Source of the DNA: Piromyces finnis finn
Lineage: Eukaryota; Fungi; Neocallimastigomycota
Assembly (NCBI GenBank): GCA_002104945.1
Contig: MCFH01000221.1
Coordinates: forward strand, 1 to 14,525
DNA: 14,525 nt
Reading direction: 5' to 3'
Positions within the stretch are counted from its first letter, which is position 1. Each line of letters begins with the position of its first letter. Both the position numbers and the translations under genes were made by a program. This document shows, one piece after another, positions 1 to 13,651 of this stretch. A model generated the notes under the pieces. It had not been told where the DNA came from. It searched no databases and saw nothing but the letters and a program-made list of their open reading frames with translations.

Positions 1-463
1 TGTTTTATAGTTAGTTAATTAGTAATTTATATAAGTTCACCAATGCATGCTAATAAAAGATTTTTGTAATCCTTGTCGCTAATTTTACCATCAATACGTT
101 CAGCTAATGTCTTATTATATAGTTTTTGATAATCTTTTTAATTCTTTCCATAAGTGCTGGTTCGCGGTAACAGACTATTAATCTTATTAATTTGTCATTT
201 CTTGTTCCTAATCCCTTCATTGAATTTTCAATTCTGTTTCAATAGACAATATTTTTTTTATTAGGATATTTGATAATATTTAGAATGTATAATATTATTT
301 TTTTTTTTTTTGACTTACTGTTCAGCAATATATTGACTTAAGTTTTTTGTAGTTTTCACTATATTATTTGAATTTATAAATATTTTTTATATATTAATAT
401 TATATTTGTTTAATGAAAAAAAATCTAAATTAAAATTATTAAAAAAAAAAAAAAAAGTATTTT

Positions 464-1118
<655 letters not shown>

Positions 1119-1129
1119 ATACCTATGGC
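1119..1129. repeat. Target-site duplication, copy at the element 5' end (ATACCTATGGC)
   Basis: Identical to 464-474. On minus it reads GCCATAG|GTAT, the annexin exon end and 5' splice site. Confidence 0.92.
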
Positions 1130-3443
1130 AGTAAAGTTTTTTTAATATCTCCAGAAAATTCGCTTTTAATAGCACTTTCCATTGAATTGGAATACTTTTG
1201 TTGATACATTTCGAATATTTGTATTAAATGAACTGTAAGGACGATTAGTAAGAATTTCACTAAATATAATTTTTGAATTTTGATTTTAAAATATAAAAAT
1301 AATATAAATTATATATTTATAACATTTTTTTAAAATATATATTATTAGTATATTTACATAAAAACACTTCATCAGTCCCAACTTTTCCTTCTCCCGATCT
1401 ATATAATGTAAAAACATCTTCAGAAGCATCTTTCATTGAATTGGAAATCATTTTCATTTCTATTTGCTTTAAGAATACTGACTAATGCATTTCTATAATC
1501 ACACTAGTATTCCTCTTACATCTTCTTCAAGATTTTTATTATAAGTTTCTTTATAAGTCTTGTTTAATAATGCAATATCAGAATTACGCAATCATCATCT
1601 GTACCTAAACCTTTAATCGCATTTCTAAGATACCAAACATCATTTTCTAATACGGTTCTTGATAATGATGAACATAATTTTTCAAAATCCCCTTTAGTTA
1701 CTTCTTTAACATATGATTCTAAAGTTCTTTCTTCTTTTTTTTTTTTTTTGAAAAAAAAATTAAAATTATTTTATTAATTATAATAGTGTTATTCATTAAT
1801 TGAAGAAAAAGTTATGAAATTTAATGATTTTCTTTTATTTATACATCTACTTCTTTTTTAAATTCAATAATGATTTGATTCATAACTAATGGTAGATATC
1901 TTGATAAAAAGTCTATTAATTTCTATAATAAATAATAGAGATAATATTAATATTACATATATTTATATATATAATCATATTTTAATGTACATATCACATA
2001 CACTATAATCTCTCATATCCTTTTTGTATTTTTTAAAGAAGAATAAATCTCTCTAAATTCATTAAAAATAATTGGAAAATCAGAGGAATTTAATGGATTC
2101 TATAATTTATTTTTGTTTGTTTTTTTGACTTTTTTTTAAAAATTTTACTTACTGATTAGTATCAGCATAATTCATTGCAACACCATAATTAGGATTAGCA
2201 TTAATATCCTTATATAAAGTATCAAGATTATTGGTTAAAAGAGAATTGTTCAAAGATATACTACCTATACCATTTTGGATTTGTAGTTGTTGAAGATATT
2301 GTAATTTTAATTGTAATTGTTGCACATTTTTTTGATCATCTATTGCTAATACTGGACTTATCATAGTTGGTGAACCTGCCATTGTTAATTGTTGGTTTTG
2401 TTGTTATTGTTGTATCATTTGAATTCTACTTTGTAAATTTTGAATTTCATTTTGTATAATTTGAAGTTGGATATTATTATCATTATTATTTTGATTTAGA
2501 TTTAATACACCAAATTGTGTAACTGAAAGAAAGTTGATAACCGAAACTTGTACTATGAGGAATGCCTGATAAAACATAATTATTCATAGATATGAAACTA
2601 TTTTGAGTAAGGTTTCCATCATAAGTTTTACCTTTATATTTTTTTTTTTTAATTTAATTTTTAATAATTAAAAGTGTTTTATTGTTTTATTAATTTATTT
2701 TTTCCTTCATCCTTTCCTCTCTCTTCTTGATCTAATATCAAAAGAAAAGAAAAAAAATAATTTTACTTTTATTGAGGAAGAATAATATTATATATAATAT
2801 TAAAAGATGCTTTCTAATAAAAACAAATAGAGTACACATAATTATTAAAAATAAAAAAGACTAGTGAAATATTTAAATAATAAGTATGCTAGATAGATCA
2901 CAGAATTATATTTTATATTTTCCAATGAATAAAAAGTAAATTATTACTTTTTTTTTTCCCCCTTTTTCTTTGTTTAATTATTTTTAAAAAAATTTTTAAG
3001 ACATTTTGCCATGTATTTTAACACAATAGTATATAGAACATAACTTTGTTATTCTTTTGTTATACCAGTAATGGTGTCAGTGGTCTCAATACCCGAAAAC
3101 AAGGGTAGTTTGACTTTGACAGATATTCCCCATTAACAATTCCTTTTTGAGAACCGGACTTCTACCATTCAACATCCTGCAGATAATGAAAACGATATCA
3201 TAATTTCAGATGACTAACAAATGAGATAGTATATGAAATTTTAAATTGTCCTTTTAGGTTTAGGCAACTTATACTTGACTGTAATTTTTAAATTGTGATT
3301 ATCCATATTTATTTAAAAATATTTAATATAGCCCATTAATTTTAATTTTATAAAAAAATTTAATTAAAAAAAAAAAAAAAAGTTAATTTAATAAAGATTT
3401 TATATATATTTTTAAAGTTTTAATTTTTTTCTTATAAGAAAAA

Positions 3444-3683
3444 ATGAAAACTGTTCAACTTTACGACATTCCAAAATTTGACCAAATTATTGAAGAGCAA
3501 GTAGCTACTGGAAATCCAGTTTTTACTGTATTTTTATGTAACGTCAAGCTAATAAAAAAAGAATATAAAAATATGTATTATTAAATTAAAAGAAAAAAAA
3601 TAAAATAATAATAAAAAAATTTTTCAAAATTTCATTTTCATATTTCATTCTAATTCCATTTTAAAATTTCATTTTATCATGAA

Positions 3684-3732
<49 letters not shown>

Positions 3733-4811
3733 TAATAATAATAATAATAATATTTTCTCCTTCAATATTATTATACATTTTTAAAAATTACTATAAATAA
3801 TATTACTTTCTACAGCTGATATTGACCCAGAAACCAGCCAATATTGGTGTCCAGATTGTGTTCAAGGTATGAAATTTAATGGTTTTTTTCTTTTATTATT
3901 TTTAGTTATTTTATAAAATAAAAAGAAAAATAAATAAAGATAATGATAAAATATATGCGAGCATTTTATTGTAAAAGCAATAAAATAAATGTATTTTAAA
4001 ATAATGATAAAATTACATTATATATGTCAAATTGTTTTTTTTTTTATATATATTTGTAATTTATAATTATTTGTATATGATATATTCTATTTTTATTTAT
4101 TTATTTGTTATTACTTGTTATCACTATTATCATTGTATTATATTTATGTTATATTAAATATAAATATTATAAATATTTATTATATTTCATTTATATTAAT
4201 AGCTGACCCATACATTCGTAAAGCTGTTTGGTAGTATTGACAATGCCATTTTAGTTGAATGCTTTGTTGGACCAAAATCAGGGTAAAGGATAATTAATAA
4301 ATAACAAATATTTTCCATATCAATTTATAGGATAGATTTGATATTTCTCTTGAAATAGACTTTGATATATATTATATATATATATATTCGTTCTTTTAAC
4401 CTATAAACAAATTATTATCTTTTTAAAATATTTCAATACTAGTTACAAAAATGTTCCAACCCATCCTTATCGTGTTCACCCAAAAGTTCAATTAAAAGCT
4501 ATTCCAACTATTATGTTATGGAACAAGGTAAAAAATAAAATATATAGAAACTGATAAAATATAATATAAAATATTAAAAAAAAAAAAATAAAAGTATATC
4601 TGTTAATATTATATATAATATTTATATTTATATTATTTATTCGTATTATTAATAATTTATATCTATATTTTATATCTCATATTTATTCATATTCCCTCCC
4701 TTTTTTTTTTTTTTTTTTTTTTCGATATAGGATGGTTTAGTGAAATCCTTAATTATTGAAACTATAGAACAATGTGAAATGTTGGATGAATTTGTTAAAT
4801 CAATTAATTAA
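3444..4811 (+). CDS. TXNDC17: Thioredoxin domain-containing protein 17 / TRP14-like (DUF953), ~129 aa, 5 exons
   Basis: GT-AG exons 3444-3537, 3816-3866, 4203-4282, 4443-4527 and 4731-4811 give MKTVQLYDIPKFDQIIEEQVATGNPVFTVFLSDIDPETSQYWCPDCVQADPYIRKAVGSIDNAILVECFVGPKSGYKNVPTHPYRVHPKVQLKAIPTIMLWNKDGLVKSLIIETIEQCEMLDEFVKSIN*. The WCPDC active site and the AIPT cis-Pro motif are typical of TRP14. One extra T at 4227-4229 must be removed. Confidence 0.9.
3692..3751. repeat. (AAT)n microsatellite in TXNDC17 intron 1
   Basis: About 20 AAT units with one interruption, directly visible. Confidence 0.9.
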
Positions 4812-5147
4812 AATTGTTAATTTATAGAATTAACAATATGAATAATATAAAATGTTCACACGAAAACCAAAAAAGCTCTCTTTCAAATTTTGGTTAATAA
4901 TAGTATATATATAAGATTTAATTATTAAATATTATTTGCAAGTTTTATTAAAAAAAAATTTTTTTTTCTTAAATAAATTATATTTATGTACAACATTTTT
5001 TTAAGACTATAAACATATGAAATTGATGTGTTTTAATAAGCATTTTAAAATAATTAAAAAATGATTATTAAATGTTGTTTTAATTGTTATATATATTACT
5101 AAAAATTATTATTACTTATTTACAAAAAATAAGATGATAATCTATAT

Positions 5148-5186
<39 letters not shown>

Positions 5187-5458
5187 TGGTGACTTGAAAC
5201 TAAATAAAAAAAATATATAAACATTTTTTAAAATTTTAAAAAAGAAAAGTTATTATAAAAATCATATAAATTTATAAGAGTTTGATATATTTTTTGTGTA
5301 TAAATATATGAAATAATATAGCTGCAGCAACAATATAAAAAAAAAAAAAGATAAAAAGAAAAAGATAGAAAATTATTGTTAATTTTTTTTTCTCATAATA
5401 ATACTGTATATTTTGTATCTTATGAAAATATATATATATATATTCTTATAATTTTTTT

Positions 5459-8400
5459 TTAATTTCTTTTTAATAAAGCTTTAAGTCTTTTTAATAATTG
5501 CCTTTCCTTAATATTATTTTCCCGGTGGATTATTGACATTGCCTTCAAATATAGAATTATATTTTGATAATTTTTCATCTTCATCTTCATCATTACCATT
5601 ATCAAAACCTCTTTCTTCATCATCATCATTATCTTGGTCTTCTTTAAATGGATCATTTGGATAGTCACTATTATCATCATCATATCCTTCATCATTTGTG
5701 GTGGTGACAGTATTTGGACAAACAACGCCAGATTCCATAGATTGAATTTCATCATAATCATCGTTATCCATACCAAAAATTTGACCATCAAAACCAGAAT
5801 TATATTTTTGTTCTGATACTTGCGTGGTGTTGGAAGATTTATCATCAATCATCATCTGACTGTTTTTTTCTTCAGTTTCAGGAACAACGGAATCATGATC
5901 AATCATCATTTGATCCTCTTCATGAATAGATGTAGTAGTAATGTGAGTAAGGTGGGTATGGGATTGAGAATGACGACGACTTCTACCGCCAGAAGAGTTT
6001 ACAGGTGATCGAAGAATTGAGCCATCTTCAGTATATTGCATTAATTCTGGATGTATTTTCATTTGATGTGTTTTTAAATTACCTGATTGAGTAAAAGTCT
6101 TATCACACCATTCACAAACAAATGGACGAACTCCTTGATGAACTAATTCATGTTGTTTTTAAATTACCAGATTGAGTAAACGTTTTTGAAACAAATAGGA
6201 CAAGTAAATGGTCTTTCTCCTGTATGTTTTCTCTGATGAGTTTTCAAATTACCTTGTTGAGCAAAAAGATTTATTACAATAAGAACAAACAAATGGTCTT
6301 TCTCCTGTATGTTTTCTTTGGTGAATTCTTAAATGAGCCAATTGAACAAAACATTTATTTGGCTTACAAAGTTCACAAACATAATCCTTGGAGCAACTCA
6401 TGCTACGACTCTTTCTTCTTTGAAGAGCAGTATGTGGAACTGGGGTGACCATTGTGATAAAGTTTTGGAGATGTTGAAGATGAAGAAGAAGTGGAAGATG
6501 AAGCAGATGGTGATTGAGGAGAAGATGGAATGGTAGAAGCAGTGAAACTATGGAGAATAGGCTTTTTATCCATGGCATTTTTATTATTAATAGTATTGAT
6601 AGTAATGGTTGGGAGTGACATTGGTGGTATTGATATTGGCATTGGAAGAGACATTGCTAGATTAGTGGAATTAGTTATTTCTGGTTTTTTATCTTCATCC
6701 ATGTCATTACCCTTACTCGTTGTCGATTCAATGTTGTTCATCTTTTTTCCATTTTCCATTATTTTTTGACTTTGAATATTTTTAGTGAGAAGTGAAGAAG
6801 AAGATGTATTACGATTACAAGTATCTAATTTAGAAAAGATATTAGTATCCTTACAAAAGCCCTTTTCATTTTCCTCTTCTTTAATGGAAGATGGTAGAGA
6901 AGTATAATTACTATTCTTTTCTTCAGAAGAATTTTGTGGTATAAAAAGCTTAGCTTCTTGGGAAGCTACAGTACAAAGGGTAGATAAACTTGAAGCCGGT
7001 AAAGTATTTGATTTCATTACAGGAGAAGATCCAGAATTAGAATGAATATTTAAATTGGAAAAAGGTATAGAAATAGGGAGAAGTGGAGAGGTAGCCCATA
7101 TTAGTAGAAGGTGATGTAGATTCTAAACCAACCATATCATGATCCTTATTACCTTGATCATTTTCTCTTTTATATTAGTGGTATTATTAATACCATTATT
7201 TAATTTATTAATATTATTTACATTGTTAGTATTGATCATATTGAATAAAGAATTAACTGTAGAACTCTTTGGATCATAACTATGAGAAATAGAAGTTCTT
7301 CTATGATTTTTAGATATAGTCATTGGATCTTTTTTAATTGGCAACTTTTTTTTGGATTTAGTATTTGGAGAAGTTGATAGTTTTGAATTTTTAAATTTTA
7401 GAGATGATGAAGAATGTTTTGATTTTGTCTTGTTAGATGGGAATGAACTATTAATATTAATTGGATTAGTGGTAGAACTAGCATTTAACCCATTATGTAA
7501 AATGGAATGTGAAGAAGGTATAGTAAATGGGTTAACAATAAGTGGATTATTTGGCTGTTGTTGTTGCTGTTGTTGTAAAAACTGAATAAATTGATTAGTT
7601 AATAAACTATTATTTAATAACAAAGCTATAAACCCAATATACATATATTATTATAATAGTATGGATCAATATTATATATATATATATAAATAAATAAAAA
7701 CATACAATTATTAGGAATATTTAAGAAAAATACTTTTTTTTTTATAATATACTTTTAGTATTTACCATTTGTAGCTACATTATCTGATTTAGGGAGTAAA
7801 GATGAATTGATTTGTGGTGATGGATTTATTTTAGTATCTTTTGATGAGTTTTTATTAGTAGAAGATGGATTAGTTGATTGAGTATTAGTTGTTTTATTAG
7901 TTTTATTATTTCCACCATTTAATATTTGCTGGTTAGCATTAGCTAAAGCAGCAGCAAGATAAGGTAAACTAATATTAGGAGGTAGGAACGATAGTGGATT
8001 TGGAGGAATTGTACTTGGTGCTGAACTAGCTAACTTTGTTTTGGATGTAGCATTATTAGTAGCTTCAGAAGAGGTGGTTGGCATTGATACTGGATTTGAG
8101 GTAGTAGATGGAATATTGGTATCATTAGCTGTATTATTTCTAGAAGGATCGGCAGTGCTATTGGAAGTTATTGGTGTATCGACAGCATTATTGGCAGTAT
8201 TAGTATTATTTTTATTTACAAAAGTATTACCTGAATTTGAATTATTTGCGTTAATTGAAGCTAAAGCTTGAGCAAAGTAAGGAGAAGACATAAGGAGCTG
8301 TAGTGAAAAAAGTTGTTTGTTGCGCTGCTACAACAGCAGAATTAGTATTTGAATAAACAAATGGTGATTGACATGGTAATATAAAGGATGTGATGGTTTT

Positions 8401-8534
8401 GGTTGTATATTGACTAAATTTTTAGTAGAAGAGGAAAAAGCCGCTGACTTACTCTTATTATTGTGTTTTTTAGAGTGTGAGAGTTTGGCTTTAGTACTAT
8501 TTATTCCATTATCGGATTTTACTACAATGGTCAT
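5459..8534 (-). CDS. AZF1: Azf1-like C2H2 zinc-finger transcription factor (4 fingers) with long N/S/Q-rich low-complexity regions and an acidic C-terminus
   Basis: The track ORFs 8328-8534, 7755-8291, 7123-7644, 6403-7017, 6249-6578, 5514-6062 and 5459-5848 join through one phase-1 intron (7765-7626) and nine single-base indels, mostly in homopolymers. Fingers: [110 protein letters not shown]. The QxxHL/QxGNL helices, the HQ-x-x-x-PFVC third linker and the HxxxxH last finger recall yeast Azf1 (from memory; orthology not tested). Confidence 0.8.
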
Positions 8535-11500
8535 TTTGTATTTAAGTTAAAGTAGAAACAACAAAATATTTTTTATAATATTATTTATAAAAATATTGTT
8601 TTGTTTTTTTCTTAAAAAAAAAGTTAATAATATTCTTTTTCCTGTTAACTATCAAAGTTTTTTTGGTTGATATTATTTTATTTGTTTTTCTTTTTTCAAT
8701 TGTATTCTTTTTTTTAAAAAAAAAAAAAAAAGTGATAAATAAATATATAAAGTATATAATAAAAAAATAAAAAAAGGTTATTCATAATTGTTTTTAATAT
8801 TTAGAGTTTTACTATACATAAAAAATAACAAAAAAAAAAAAAAATAGGAAAGAATTGTAAATTATATTATTATTTCAATTTTTACTTTTTTTATTTTTAT
8901 TATTTGTTGCTAATAGCTTTGATATACCTATGCTATTACAGCATTTATTGTAATGAATATTTTTTATTCTTTTTATTTATTAATATAAATAATAAACTAT
9001 TTAACCACTATTATATATTCTTTTTAATTCTATTTATAAAAACCATTTATAAATATATTTATTTCGAATATTTTTTTTATTAAAAGTATTCTTTCTCTGT
9101 TTTTATGATACTTTTATTTGCTTTGTATTTCCTTCTTCCTTCTCTTTTCAATAAAAATATTTTTTATCTGTATATTAAATTTGCTTGTAATATTCTTTTT
9201 ATCCATAATTTCTTGAAATAAATATTTTCAATTAATAATACATTTTTTCTTTTTTTTCAATTACGTTTCTCTTTTAAATATATTTATTGCTTTTAATATT
9301 TATATAACTTTAATAAAGATATTTACATTTATATAATATTTATTTTATTAATAAATAAAAATGAAATTGTTTCAATTGACAGATGAAAAAGAAATATACT
9401 TTTAAAAAAAAAATTATAAAAACCAAATCAATTAATATTTATTTAAATTTTTTTTTTTTAATTTGATATTACAAAAAAAATAAATAAATAAAAACAATTT
9501 TGTACTTAATCAATAAATGGAAAAAGTGTCAAAAAAAAGAATCATCATTTCAATAATTAATAAATAAAATTACATAATAAAAAATAAGAAAATAAAAACG
9601 AATCATTCATATATAAACTTTAAAATATATAAACCATATATAATAAATAGTATTAATATATTTATTTATTCACATTACTTATATATTAATATATATTATT
9701 AAATATATTATCATTAGTTTTATGACTTTTTTAGATAGAAACTTTATTTCCTAATATTTTAAATTTATTTTGGCAGAGACACACTTCAAATTTTTCATTT
9801 AATTAATAGTTTATATTATAATTAATTGAATAATATATTATATATTAATATTTATTCAATAATATATATCAATATTGGCAATTATTAATAGATATACTAA
9901 TAAAATTCACTAAAACTTTATTGTATATAAAATTAAATTATATTGTTTAGTATATTAAAATTCTATTGAGTTTATCATTTATTAAATAAATAATAAATTT
10001 AATATATTATGTTTCAATTAATAATATTAAAAAAAACGAATGGAAATGAAAAAATAAAAAAAAAAACCTCATGAATCATTGCCTACTAAATACTATTAAT
10101 TAGCCTGAAAGTCAGCCTACTCAACAGCTAACCAACAAAAAATCATTAAAGCCTACTTTTGAAATAAAAAAATAAATAAATAAAACTATTATAGCTCCTA
10201 TAATAGCATTACTTCTTTAATGTATTGTTCTTACCAACAACTTTAATAGCCTTTATATTTAAAAAGTGATAAGAAATAATTAAATTAACCCTAATTCCAA
10301 TTCCATAATTGATAAAAAAATCACTAAAAATAAATAATGATAATAATCAACTATAAAAAATAAGCGAATGAATATTATAATAGTTAAATAAATGATGGAG
10401 AATAGGAAATTTTTTACCTCCTTATATCATTATCAAAAGAAAATACTTTACCAAATTCTTATCATTTTTTTAGCGTATTACTATTTCTTTCTTTTAATAA
10501 CTTTTGTTTTGTCACAAGTATCGAATTTTAATTAGTTTTAATATAGTCTATGATCATACTTTTATGCTCAGGAGATATAAAAGCGTGAACATGAACCATT
10601 TAGAATAAAACAAACTAAAAAAAAGTTTTAAATTCATTAAATAGCATCACAAGAATGCATAATACAAAAATTAACACCAAAAAACGATAAAATAAATCAA
10701 TGGATGAATAAATATATAAATTAATAAATAATTTGAAATTATAGAAAAGAATAAATTAATTTTCATGATAATAAATTGAAATTTAAAAAAATGAAATTGT
10801 AGAAATATTTAGAATGTAATAGAATATGAATATATTGTTTAATATATTATATGATATATTAATTTACATTGATTAGTATAATTTATGATAAAAATTCGTT
10901 CATTTTTTTCTTAACTCGTATATCAATCTAAAGTTGAATTAATTTTATTATATACATTATTAATATTATATTATATTATAATATTTAATTTATTATTTAC
11001 ATATATTAAAAGTTTAAAAAGTTAATAAAAATAATATGTTATTTTGACAGAGTATTTATTAATTAATTTAATCATATAATGAATATATTAGGAAAGTTTA
11101 AATTAAAAAAGTATAATTTTAATTAAATATATTCATTCTTTATTTAATATAATTAACTCTTATTTTATGGTAATTATATTTAATTATTTATTTTTCATAT
11201 ATTATAATATATTATTATTAATCAAACAATTCAACTATAAATCATACATCTCACCCGGTGAATTCTACAATATAATAGAATAGAATGTGATAATATAAAT
11301 TAAAACTAATAAAATATATTTTAATATATTTTAATATATTAGAATTGAATAAATGAATGAATACTCTTTTTTTTAATTATAATAAACAAAAATCAAATTT
11401 AATATTAAACCAGGCCATGATACCATATGATACACTAGGCTAACTTATAGAAAGGAAGAATTCAAAGGTATAGAAGAAAGAGCACCTTTCTATTTTATCA

Positions 11501-13215
11501 CTGTTTAAATAATATAAACCTTTTTATATCAATTAGAAACTAAAAGAAAAAAAAACTATTTTATTTAATTATTTTTTAATAAACTTTAAAAAAGAGTTTA
11601 ATTTTTTTCTAATAAATTTTTCAATCATCAAAGTTACTTCACCCAATCATTTCTTGTTTATCGCCTGTTCTTTATGAGTAGAATTTTTTAAAGTATTTTA
11701 AAATGAACTTTAAAAGAAAATGGTTATCAATCTTTAAGGCACAGGGATTGGTAGAGAGAAAAAAAGATGTTTATAATGATTTATTATTTGTTTTTTTTTT
11801 TTTTTTAAAAAAAAAATAAACTTTTAGAATATAAATATAATCTTAAGATAAAAATAAAAACTAAAAATAATCTTGAATGAAATATTATTCTTATATATGA
11901 ATATTAATACAGTATTTTCGATGCATGGTTCAACTTTTTTTTACCTTTATTAAACTCTAGGATTACAAAATTTCTATTTCTTTTTTTCATTTTTACAAAA
12001 AATATTGAACCTTCCTTCTTTTTACCTTTTAGGATAGTAGTTATAGTAGTTGGTGGTACAAAAAAAAGTAATATTTTTTTCATTATTGATTTATTTATAT
12101 ATAAATGTATCCATTTATTTTAATTATAATATTAATCCCACATTCTATAATTCATTGATTTATATAAGCATGATGTATATCACATGATTTAACTCATGAT
12201 ATAAGTTTCTTTTATGTTGTAGTAATTTAATATTAGTTTATTTATAATTTATTATATTAGGTGAAAATATTTATTACTATTAACTTCTCTCTTATTAATA
12301 ATTTCACTTATACTATTTTCTTATTAATTATTAAAACTCTTCTCTCTAATTATTAATTATTTTTACATGAATATTTTATATTATAAAATTCCTATAATTG
12401 AATATCAATTATATAATGTAATGTATTCATAATATATGAATAATAATTAAATAGGATATAGTATAATATATTTTACATTTTATATGAAATATTACTATAT
12501 AAGGAAAGGTAATGTAATACAAATAAGTATTACAATAAAATTAATACTAATATATAATATTAATATTTAAGAATATAATGAAATATGTACATGAATTCTA
12601 TAACTAATATATAAATAATGTATTATAATATATATCAATTATTATATTATTATTATGAAATATTTATATATAAATTTCTAAAGATGAAATTGAATATTTT
12701 AAATAATAAAAATTATTTTAAATATTGGCTAATATGTAGCTAGACATATTAATTTCATATCACTCATCACTACATAAATATTTCATATAAATTAATTAAA
12801 ACATAATTATAAATAATATATCTAATATAATAAATTAATTAAATAAATAATAATAAATGCATTTATTTTCTTAATGTCACATTTATTATATTATTATAAA
12901 AAATAAAATATTATCTAAAAAAGGAAATAATGTAAAATAAAGAAATAAATAATTTTTTAAACTATTCTATTAAAAAGAATAATCATAGGAAAATCCATTC
13001 ATTCGATAAAAAAAAAAAAGAAATGAAAGAATAAGCAAAAAAGACTAATCACAAATACATTTTATGAATAAAATGTAATTTATTCAAACTGTAAAATTAC
13101 TATTACTAATTAATTATATTAAATACTATTTTAAATACTGTTAGTGATAATTGACTTTTTATATTATTAGAATGATGAATGACTGTTTTAATATAACTTA
13201 ATTTGATTTTGTTTG

Positions 13216-13342
13216 AATATATTAATTTATATATTATTATATATAAGTAATATTTATTAATAGTATTTAAACATGATTTTAAATATATTAATTTATATAT
13301 TATTATATATAAGTAATATTTATTAATAATATTTAAACATGA
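13216..13342. repeat. Tandem duplication of a 61-bp AT-rich unit (period 66 bp)
   Basis: 13216-13276 and 13282-13342 differ at one position (AGT vs AAT). Confidence 0.9.
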
Positions 13343-13425
13343 GTAGAAAAAAAGAAGTTTGGTAATTAATATATGGAATATAATTTTTATTAATTAATAT
13401 ATATTATTATATATGTTATTGATAT

Positions 13426-13447
13426 ATTTATTTATTTATTTATTTAC

Positions 13448-13506
<59 letters not shown>

Positions 13507-13509
13507 TTT
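13426..13509. repeat. (ATTT)n tract, (TAAA)n on minus
   Basis: About 21 units with one variant unit, directly visible. Confidence 0.92.
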
Positions 13510-13651
13510 TTCTAGCTATTTATCCACCACCTTCTCTGGCAGATCTTACAATCTGATTAGCTAGATAATAATGTTAAATTAATCCTAAATTTTAACTGTC
13601 TATAAATATTGGTTCATCATAGTAGACTAATTTTATCTTCCGCCATATAAG
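13426..13651 (-). mobile_element. Possible 5'-truncated non-LTR retroposon 3' end with a (TAAA)n tail
   Basis: A ~140-bp segment richer in G+C lies directly before the (TAAA)n tract on minus, with a terminal stem (TCTAGCTA 13511-13518 / TAGCTAGA 13558-13565). No TSD was found. Confidence 0.35.

Noticed and set aside
5634-8271. Plus-strand ORFs 5634, 5820, 6224, 6333, 6530, 7352 and 8041
   Set aside because: Antisense shadows of the low-complexity zinc-finger gene.
5459-8534. Programmed frameshifting, RNA editing or several separate genes
   Set aside because: Breaks fall mostly in homopolymers in both directions and also affect the neighbouring genes, so sequencing error is simpler.
10392-10535. 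47-aa hydrophobic small ORF (MMENRKFF...)
   Set aside because: Hydrophobic ORFs arise easily in T-rich DNA and there is no other support.
12159-12200. Three CATGAT motifs
   Set aside because: Short and AT-rich; not enough evidence for a regulatory call.
12730-12751. 8-bp inverted repeat TAATATGT/ACATATTA
   Set aside because: An AT-rich stem of this length is expected by chance.
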